From assembly GCA_903939115.1 (NCBI GenBank), contig CAJAFV010000090.1:34075-98074 (forward strand): a DNA stretch of 64,000 nt, read 5' to 3'. A model generated the notes under the pieces. It was not told where the DNA came from. It saw nothing but the letters and a program-made list of their open reading frames with translations, and did not search any database. This DNA is from an uncultured Geobacteraceae bacterium. GTDB lineage: Bacteria; Desulfobacterota; Desulfuromonadia; Geobacterales; Pseudopelobacteraceae. The position numbers were made by a program, and so were the translations under genes. This document shows, piece by piece, positions 57,375 to 64,000 of the stretch. How positions within the stretch are numbered: the stretch's first letter is position 1; the number at the start of each line of letters is the position of its first letter.

Positions 57375-58370
57375 GTGAGAAAGTTTATGAAAGTTGTCGG
57401 TCTGCTCTGTTTGATTGGCCTCGTAACGGTTTCATTGGGATTCGCAGCCGAACCGTCCCAAAAAATCGTTATCGGGATATCTAAAATTGTGGCCCATCCG
57501 GCTCTCGATGCTGTTGAAAAAGGTATTCAGGATGAGTTGGCAGCCGCTAAAATCAATGCCACGTTTGACCTGCAGAACGCCAATGGCGATATCGGTACAG
57601 CCGCCTCGATCGCAAATAAGTTTCAGTCGGAAAAGGTGACCCTGGCAGTAGGCATTGCCACGCCGACCTCGCAGTCACTGGTCAACACTCTGAAAGACAT
57701 TCCGATTGTGTTCTCGGCGGTAACAGATCCGGTTAAAGCCGGACTGGTACCCTCACTAAAAGGCGCAAAAAAACCGGTGACCGGTGTATCCGACATGACT
57801 CCGGTCAAGCAGCAGATTGAATTACTGCTCAAAATCAAGAAGATCAAGCGTCTCGGACACATCTACACCAGTTCCGAGGAGAACGCTGTCGTGTTGGCCG
57901 GTGTCGTCAAACAGGTCTGCAAGGAGTTGGGACTTGAATATGTTGAGACAACCGTTTCCAAGTCGGCCGAAGTAAAGCAGGCGGTTCAGGCGATTATCAA
58001 ACGCATCGATGCGCTCTACATCAGCACCGATAACACCGTCGTTTCGGCCTTAAGTTCCATTGCCGATGTCGCCGCCAAGAATAAAGTTCCGATCATTTCG
58101 GCTGATCCCAGCTCTGCAGAAAAATACCCGGTTTTGGCCGCCTGGGGTTTTGATTATTACAAAATGGGTCGGGCCACGGGTAAAATTGTCGTTGAAATCC
58201 TGAATGGCAAGAAAGCGGAAGAGATTCCGACCCGCTTCATGACCAAAACATCGGATGTTGATCTGCTGATCAACCTGGATGTTGCCAAAAAACTTGGCGT
58301 AACATTCCCGAAAGATGTTCTTAAAAGTGCCAACAAGGTAGTAGAAAACGGTAAGCTGACCAGTAAATAA
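57375..58370 (+). CDS. ABC transporter substrate-binding protein (ABC_sub_bind/PF04392-like)
   Basis: 331 aa. GTG start 7 nt after AGGAGG. It has a signal peptide and the segment KIVIGISKIVAHPALDAVEKGIQDEL, typical of this family. Confidence 0.8.
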   Translation: MRKFMKVVGLLCLIGLVTVSLGFAAEPSQKIVIGISKIVAHPALDAVEKGIQDELAAAKINATFDLQNANGDIGTAASIANKFQSEKVTLAVGIATPTSQSLVNTLKDIPIVFSAVTDPVKAGLVPSLKGAKKPVTGVSDMTPVKQQIELLLKIKKIKRLGHIYTSSEENAVVLAGVVKQVCKELGLEYVETTVSKSAEVKQAVQAIIKRIDALYISTDNTVVSALSSIADVAAKNKVPIISADPSSAEKYPVLAAWGFDYYKMGRATGKIVVEILNGKKAEEIPTRFMTKTSDVDLLINLDVAKKLGVTFPKDVLKSANKVVENGKLTSK

Positions 58371-58376
58371 CCGCCA

Positions 58377-58411
58377 AAGCCCGGTAGCCACCGCAGCTGC
58401 CGGGCTTTTTT
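58377..58411 (+). terminator. intra-operon hairpin after the binding-protein gene
   Basis: Stem gcccgg / ccgggc with a 15-nt loop, followed by T6. It probably attenuates read-through into the permease gene. Confidence 0.6.
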
Positions 58412-58459
58412 ACGCCCGCCATACCACGTCGGAATTAAAAAGGATGATACGGTTGTGCT

Positions 58460-59368
58460 ATGATTGAAAGTATTCTTGTTGAAGGCTTGATTTACGGAAT
58501 AATGGTGCTGGGAGTATTCATCACCTTCAGGGTTCTTGATTTTCCCGATCTGACGGTAGACGGCTCTTTCCCGCTCGGGGCTGCGCTTATGGTCCAGGGC
58601 ATTCTTCTCGGCATGAACGGCTGGCTGGCTCTGCTGATCGCATTTATCGGGGGAGTGTTAGCCGGTGTCGTCACCGCTCTTATTCATAATCACCTCAAGG
58701 TACCAAATCTGCTGGCCGGCATCCTGACCATGACGATGCTGTACTCCATCAATATCCGCATTCTCGGTAACCGGGCCAACGTGCCGATTATTGATAAGAA
58801 AACCCTTCTTTCAGACGTTTCAAGCCGGATGTCAGGCACAATCCCTGACGAATATATCCTGCTGATCTTCTTCGTTATTGTAGCCGTCGGTATCAAACTG
58901 CTGGTCGACCTCTTTTTCCGCACCGATCTCGGAATGACCATCGGCGCAATGGGAAACAACGAGCAGATGGTTGTTTCGCAGGGGATCAACCCGAAAACCC
59001 TGAAAACCATCGGCCTCGGCCTGTCAAACGGGCTGGTCGCCGTATCGGGAGCCTTTGCCGCTCAGTACCTCGGTTTTGCCGATGTGGGACTCGGCCAGGG
59101 AATAATTATCTCAGGCCTTGCTTCGGTTATGATTGGCGAATTCCTGATCATGAAAAGCAACCGAATCGGCGTGCTGACGTTCTGCGCACTTGCCGGTTCC
59201 ATACTTTTTCATGCCGTTATGTATGTGGGCCGCTATTATGGATACGTCATCCAGATGACCCCGAATGATCTTAACCTGATCAAAGGTCTCCTGATAATTA
59301 TCCTGCTGGTCCTGACCCAGTCCAGAAAACTCAATATGGCGGCCATCAAGGCAATGGTGCAAAAATGA
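58460..59368 (+). CDS. ABC transporter permease
   Basis: 302 aa, polytopic (8-10 TM), branched-chain/sugar-type permease-like. Confidence 0.8.
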   Translation: MIESILVEGLIYGIMVLGVFITFRVLDFPDLTVDGSFPLGAALMVQGILLGMNGWLALLIAFIGGVLAGVVTALIHNHLKVPNLLAGILTMTMLYSINIRILGNRANVPIIDKKTLLSDVSSRMSGTIPDEYILLIFFVIVAVGIKLLVDLFFRTDLGMTIGAMGNNEQMVVSQGINPKTLKTIGLGLSNGLVAVSGAFAAQYLGFADVGLGQGIIISGLASVMIGEFLIMKSNRIGVLTFCALAGSILFHAVMYVGRYYGYVIQMTPNDLNLIKGLLIIILLVLTQSRKLNMAAIKAMVQK

Positions 59369-60159
59369 TAGCGATCAATAATGCTTCTGTTCTTTTCAAT
59401 CAGGGTACCGTGAATGAGAATCAGGCACTGCGCGATATCAACCTCAACATCAAAGAGGGTGACTTCATCACCATTATCGGCAGCAATGGCGCCGGAAAAT
59501 CGACGCTCTTCAACCTGATTGCCGGAACGATCACCCCGGCTATCGGTTCCATCCATGCCAATGGCCGCACCATAACCCGCGAACCGGAATACAAACGCGC
59601 TCAATACATTGGCAGAATCTTTCAGAATCCGCTGCTCGGCACCGCTTCAAACATGAGCCTGGAAGACAATATGATGATTACCTACCGCAAGGGCTTCAAG
59701 TGGCTTAAGCGGAGCCTGAACAACAAAATGAGAGAGTATTTCCGCTCTGAACTGGTTCAGCTGAAAATGGGACTTGAACATCGCATGAAAGAAAATCTGG
59801 TCATGTTTTCAGGGGGGCAGCGCCAGGCTCTAACCCTGCTGATGATGGTACTTTCCAAGCCGTCACTTATTTTGCTGGACGAACATACCGCCGCACTTGA
59901 CCCGAAAAATGCCGGGATTGTTCTCGAGTTGACAGACAAGTTTATCAGGGAATTCAAGCTCACCTCGATGATGATCACCCACAATATGAGTCACGCCATC
60001 GAGTACGGTAACCGCCTGCTGATGATGGATCAGGGTGAGATCATTTTCGATGTCTCCGGAGATGCCAAGAAGGAGCTGACCGTTGAAAAACTGATCGAAA
60101 AGTTTCACGAGCTTCGTCATCGCGGTTTTGAAAATGACCGGGCACTGCTCTCCGAGTAA
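59365..60159 (+). CDS. ABC transporter ATP-binding protein
   Basis: Walker A GSNGAGKST, signature FSGGQRQAL, Walker B LILLDEHTAALD. The start overlaps the permease stop. Confidence 0.9.
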   Translation: MIAINNASVLFNQGTVNENQALRDINLNIKEGDFITIIGSNGAGKSTLFNLIAGTITPAIGSIHANGRTITREPEYKRAQYIGRIFQNPLLGTASNMSLEDNMMITYRKGFKWLKRSLNNKMREYFRSELVQLKMGLEHRMKENLVMFSGGQRQALTLLMMVLSKPSLILLDEHTAALDPKNAGIVLELTDKFIREFKLTSMMITHNMSHAIEYGNRLLMMDQGEIIFDVSGDAKKELTVEKLIEKFHELRHRGFENDRALLSE

Positions 60160-60260
60160 TACCGGTCATCTGACGGGAGTAATCATGGCTTGACTGGTCC
60201 GACCTTTTCTGGAATACTCCACCCGTTTTTAACAACCACTTTTTTGAGGAGATGAACTAC

Positions 60261-61052
60261 ATGAAGAAACTGATGTTGCTCGTATCGTGTCTTGTGCTGT
60301 CGCTGCTTGCTGTAACCGCCTTTGCCGGAGACGGTTCCTGGGATAAAGTCAAGAAAGATGGCAAGCTTGTTATCGGCCTTGATGACTCTTTCCCGCCGAT
60401 GGGCTACCGTCAGGCAGACGGTAAACTTGTCGGTTTTGATATTGATGCCGCTGAAGAGGTCGGCAAACGACTCGGCATCAAGATCGAGTGGCAGCCGACT
60501 GCGTGGGATGGTGTTATCCACTCCCTGGATGCCAAAAAATTTGACTGCATCTGGAACGGCATGACCATCACCGAGGAGCGTGCCAAGCAGGTCGCTTTCA
60601 GCAAGCCCTACATCATGGATGGTCAGATTGCTATCGTAAATTTCAAGGAGAAGCGCTTCAAGGCTCTCAAGGATCTTAAGGATTTTAAAGCCGGCACCCA
60701 GAAGGGTTCATCAGGCATTCAGGCCGTCAAGAAGCTGGCAAACGCACCGACAGAACTGAAAGAATATGAAGATTACCCAAAAGCCCTGCTTGACCTTGAA
60801 GCTGCTCGTATCGACGTCGTTGTCGTGGACAACGTTACCGGTCGTGACATGATCGCCAAACGTCCCGGAAAATTCAAAATCATCCCCGGTATGATCAGCA
60901 AAGAGCCGTTCGGCGTGGCCTTCCGCACCGGCGATACCGATCTGCGTGAAAAAGTGCAACAGACTCTTGACAAGATGGTAAAAGATGGCGCCATGGGCAA
61001 AATTTCGCTCAAGTGGTTTACAGTTGACCTGACCAATCCAAAGAAATTTTAG
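60261..61052 (+). CDS. amino-acid ABC transporter substrate-binding protein (family 3)
   Basis: Signal peptide MKKLMLLVSCLVLSLLAVTAFA. SBP_bac_3 motifs are present (LVIGLDDSFPPMGY, GFDIDAAEEVGKRLG, FDCIWNGMTIT). ATG 60261 has better GAGGAG spacing than 60252. Confidence 0.85.
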   Translation: MKKLMLLVSCLVLSLLAVTAFAGDGSWDKVKKDGKLVIGLDDSFPPMGYRQADGKLVGFDIDAAEEVGKRLGIKIEWQPTAWDGVIHSLDAKKFDCIWNGMTITEERAKQVAFSKPYIMDGQIAIVNFKEKRFKALKDLKDFKAGTQKGSSGIQAVKKLANAPTELKEYEDYPKALLDLEAARIDVVVVDNVTGRDMIAKRPGKFKIIPGMISKEPFGVAFRTGDTDLREKVQQTLDKMVKDGAMGKISLKWFTVDLTNPKKF

Positions 61053-61055
61053 CCG

Positions 61056-62078
61056 GTGACGTTTTCTATGAAATATACCTTCAGCAGGGTCTTCGTGACC
61101 CTGCTTTTTTTGTGTGCTCTGACCGGCAGCTGCCTCGGCGCAGTCGACTATGACCAGTTGTTCCGCCAGTCGAGCGATTTGATGGTGCAGGGAGACCTTG
61201 ACGGTGCGTTGGCACTGCTCAAACAGGTTCCTGCACCCTCAGCCGGTGAAGATGCCTCTGCCTTTGTTTCCAGTCGTATGCAGGCGGGGCGCATCTACGC
61301 CTCACAAAACGCAACCGATAAAGCAATTGCCGTCTGTCAGGACGTCCTGAAGCTCTTTCCCGACAACAGCGAAGCCCGCAACTTTGTTGCCGCATTAAAA
61401 GACCAACTCAAGCCCCGCTGGCATACCGTCCTGTCCGACATCCTGCGCTTTCTTCCGGTCCTTGCCAAAGGTGCCGTTATGACACTGCTGCTGGTGTTCT
61501 GCACCATGCTGGTGTCACCACTCGGGGGGTTGCTGGTCGCATTGGGTCGCCTCAGCAGGGTGCGGCCTGTTTCAGCAGTGTGCTGGTTCATCATCTGGTT
61601 CTTCCGTGGCACCCCTCTGCTGCTGCAACTGTTTTTCATCTATTACGGTCTCCCGTCGCTCGGCATCACGCTGTCGCCATTTATATCCGCAGTTATCGGT
61701 CTTGGCCTGAACTACTCGGCCTATCTGGGCGAAATTATTCGCGGCGCAATCCAGAGTATAGAGCATGGTCAGATGGAAGCGGCAAAAGCGATCGGCATGA
61801 GCTATGGCCAGGCCATGCGGCGGATAATCATCCCCCAGACCTACAAACGATTGATGCCTCCGGTCGGTAACGAGTTTATCGCCCTGATCAAGGATACCGC
61901 CCTGGTTTCGACCATCGCCATGGTTGAACTGATGCGTGCGGCGGATCAGATGTTCAACACCTATTTCAATATCACGGCGCTGGTACTGGCGGCAGCCATT
62001 TACCTGATATTGACGACCATCTTTACCTTCATCTTTGAAAAAATTGAATATCGGGCGGGGATCTATGAACATCGCTAA
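61056..62078 (+). CDS. amino-acid ABC permease (His/Glu/Gln/Arg/opine type) fused to an N-terminal exported TPR-like domain
   Basis: The C-terminal ~215 aa carry the permease signature (WFFRGTPLLLQLFFIYYGLP, EAAKAIGMSYGQAMRRIIIPQ). The N-terminal ~125 aa form a signal peptide plus helical repeats. The start could be GTG 61056 or ATG 61068. Confidence 0.8.
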   Translation: MTFSMKYTFSRVFVTLLFLCALTGSCLGAVDYDQLFRQSSDLMVQGDLDGALALLKQVPAPSAGEDASAFVSSRMQAGRIYASQNATDKAIAVCQDVLKLFPDNSEARNFVAALKDQLKPRWHTVLSDILRFLPVLAKGAVMTLLLVFCTMLVSPLGGLLVALGRLSRVRPVSAVCWFIIWFFRGTPLLLQLFFIYYGLPSLGITLSPFISAVIGLGLNYSAYLGEIIRGAIQSIEHGQMEAAKAIGMSYGQAMRRIIIPQTYKRLMPPVGNEFIALIKDTALVSTIAMVELMRAADQMFNTYFNITALVLAAAIYLILTTIFTFIFEKIEYRAGIYEHR

Positions 62079-62841
62079 CCAACCGCTCCTGAAATTGGAG
62101 AATATCACCAAACGTTTCAAAGAGCTGACTGCGGTTAACGGCATCAACCTTGAGGTCGCATCAGGCGAAAAGCTGGTCATCATCGGCCCATCCGGTTCGG
62201 GCAAATCGACGCTGCTCCGGTCGATCAACCTGCTGGAGGAAATTGAAGAAGGGACCATTCACTTTGAAGGGCGTGAGGTCGGCTACATACTGCACAACGG
62301 TAAACGTCAGCAGGACCGACCCCAGGCGATCAGTGCCCTACGGGCGGAAATCGGCATGGTCTTCCAGCACTTCCATCTCTTTCCGCATATGACGGTACTG
62401 GGGAACGTGATGGAAGGGCCGTTGACCGTACAGCGCAAACCGGCCAGTGAAGCCCGCAGCATTGCAACGGAAATACTGGCCAAGGTGGGGTTGTCAGACA
62501 AGCGTGATGTGTTTCCGGCCACGTTGTCGGGGGGGCAGAAACAACGGGTTGCGATCGCCCGCGCCCTGGCGATGCGGCCGAAAATGATGCTGTTCGATGA
62601 ACCGACCTCTGCTCTGGACCCGGAACTGGTCGGTGAGGTATTCGATACTATTCACACCCTGGCTGACGAAGGTATGACGATGATTATTGTCACCCATCAT
62701 ATGGGTTTTGCCCGTGAACTGGCGGATCGGGTGATCTTCATGGAGTCGGGTGATTTTCTGGCAGAGGGTACGCCGGAGGAACTTTTCGGCGCAGCGCAGG
62801 ATAATGAAAGGATCAGGGGCTTTCTCAACCGGTTATTGTAG
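62065..62841 (+). CDS. amino-acid ABC transporter ATP-binding protein (GlnQ-like)
   Basis: Walker A GPSGSGKST, signature LSGGQKQRVAIARAL, Walker B MMLFDEPTSALD. ATG 62065 overlaps the permease end. Confidence 0.92.
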   Translation: MNIANQPLLKLENITKRFKELTAVNGINLEVASGEKLVIIGPSGSGKSTLLRSINLLEEIEEGTIHFEGREVGYILHNGKRQQDRPQAISALRAEIGMVFQHFHLFPHMTVLGNVMEGPLTVQRKPASEARSIATEILAKVGLSDKRDVFPATLSGGQKQRVAIARALAMRPKMMLFDEPTSALDPELVGEVFDTIHTLADEGMTMIIVTHHMGFARELADRVIFMESGDFLAEGTPEELFGAAQDNERIRGFLNRLL

Positions 62842-62856
62842 CATGGTTGAAAACAG

Positions 62857-62867
62857 CCCCCCCCCCC
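62857..62867. repeat. homopolymeric C11 tract
   Basis: Read directly from the sequence. It lies in the 55-bp spacer between the convergent genes ending at 62841 and 62897. Confidence 0.9.
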
Positions 62868-62896
62868 GGATCTTCCTCAATAATCAGCGAGAGTAT

Positions 62897-63178
62897 CTAC
62901 TGCAACGTGTCCGTCAAAAACTGAACACCCATACTGACCGAATCAAATCTGACAATTCTACAGGTTTGCTTAATAGGACATGAATCGACATTTGTACAGA
63001 GCATCATCCTGCAGATATCACCTACATCCAGGCTCGCAAGGACGCCATCTCTGATTTGTATCAGAGCGCCACCAAGGGAGATGTCCTGCAATACGGCCCC
63101 GTAGGAATTACCGGCCTCATCCGTTACGATACACTCTGAATCACTTTTGTTTCTAATAAACTGTCTCTGGTTAGCCAT
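62897..63178 (-). CDS. small PilZ-domain protein
   Basis: 93 aa. Motifs RQFIRNKS and QDISLGGALIQ. Confidence 0.7.
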   Translation of the reverse strand: MANQRQFIRNKSDSECIVTDEAGNSYGAVLQDISLGGALIQIRDGVLASLDVGDICRMMLCTNVDSCPIKQTCRIVRFDSVSMGVQFLTDTLQ

Positions 63179-63207
63179 GTGTGACCTTTCTTGCTGCGCT
63201 ATTTACC

Positions 63208-63951
63208 TCAGGTAGTAGACCAGATACCTATTCCCATTTCAAGCGGAATATCCTTTTTGCCTGCAAAGAAATTTTTTAACTGCAGCTTGTCATCACTCAG
63301 TTGAATACCGACCTCGACACCATGAAATACATCTGATGAACTGGTTCCGTTAGAGAGCATGAGAATAGATGTCTTCAGCTGCCGTAAGGTTCGATAAAAT
63401 TCCGCGATATTCTTAATGTTTTCCGGAAAGAACTCTTCAATTGGATCGAGCACGACGAGCTTTACTTTATAGTATTCACAAAACTTCAGCAGGTAGGCGA
63501 GGGTTTTTGTATGAGAACCGGCAGGATCAATAAGATGCGACTGGATTCCATAACAGTCATCGCACATTGAAATGCACGTCAGATTATCGCCATTTTGCTG
63601 TAGTTTGGCATTGAAGTCAGGGTCTGATTTCTGCCATTCACGACAGAGTCGTTTAAAGCGCCGGCAATTATCATCATCCGTATCCTGAGCGCTCAGATAT
63701 ATCACGTGCCCTTGTTGAGCCGGGTATTTTCCAAGAAACGAGAGTCCCAGTGCGACTGACATTGCAGCTTGCATTGCCAGTGTAGACTTGCCGTAGATGC
63801 CGTTTGTCTTGAGACAGACGAGCGATTTGTCCGGAATTATTTCTGCGATAGTGTAATCCTCCGCTTTCGGAGAAAGCACCTCCCGGCTCGTCCACTCCTT
63901 TATGCCGATATGCCTGGCAAACGGATTATCTTCCATCATCTTTAACACCAT
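63208..63951 (-). CDS. RecA-fold ATPase, AAA_25/RepA/KaiC-like
   Basis: 247 aa. Degenerate P-loop NGIYGKSTLAMQ and a Walker B-like KLVVLDPIEE. The layout resembles AAA_25 proteins found in mobile elements. Confidence 0.55.
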   Translation of the reverse strand: MVLKMMEDNPFARHIGIKEWTSREVLSPKAEDYTIAEIIPDKSLVCLKTNGIYGKSTLAMQAAMSVALGLSFLGKYPAQQGHVIYLSAQDTDDDNCRRFKRLCREWQKSDPDFNAKLQQNGDNLTCISMCDDCYGIQSHLIDPAGSHTKTLAYLLKFCEYYKVKLVVLDPIEEFFPENIKNIAEFYRTLRQLKTSILMLSNGTSSSDVFHGVEVGIQLSDDKLQLKNFFAGKKDIPLEMGIGIWSTT

Positions 63952-64000
63952 CGGCTTCTCCTTGGTATCATGAGTAAAAAAGTAAGTGTCAAAGGCCGAT

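Overview
The window looks like chromosomal DNA from a Desulfuromonadales/Geobacter-like deltaproteobacterium. That assignment is an inference from gene content and protein similarity as I recall it; no search was run. There are three parts. (1) 1-6.2 kb is an accessory-looking stretch. It holds a J-domain membrane protein, a 656-aa zinc-ribbon transposase-like protein, a secreted Cache protein, a SatP/YaaH channel and a pentapeptide-repeat protein. It ends in a 0.9-kb ORF-free region with DnaA-box/iteron-like repeats that abuts tRNA-Arg(UCG). (2) The housekeeping blocks are dxs-pyrF-rlmB, an aldolase-II/M23 peptidase pair, sigma-54-driven glnB-glnA, the conserved thrS-infC-rpmI-rplT-pheS-pheT-ihfA-merR cluster preceded by tRNA-Val(GAC), rlmD-like/rdgB/rph, and two ABC transporters. 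(3) 19.6-40.8 kb is a signal-transduction supercluster, all on the minus strand. It contains 7 histidine kinases, 2 stand-alone receivers, a LuxR-type regulator, a PhnD-PAS protein with an uncharacterised Cys/His C-terminal module, an ODP-like di-iron protein coupled to a sensor-less kinase, and a two-CW-like mini-protein. This cluster was visibly assembled by segmental duplication, domain shuffling and decay: there are three copies of a ~230-bp promoter/leader module, a chimeric kinase with an internal PAS duplication, and four gene remnants. Further right are a CHASE-GGDEF-hemerythrin cyclase coupled to a binding protein, small sigma-54-driven membrane proteins, and a PilZ/RecA-like ATPase pair at the right edge. 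I saw no CRISPR array, rRNA or clear prophage. All calls come from reading the sequence and the ORF track, and identities are by-eye estimates.
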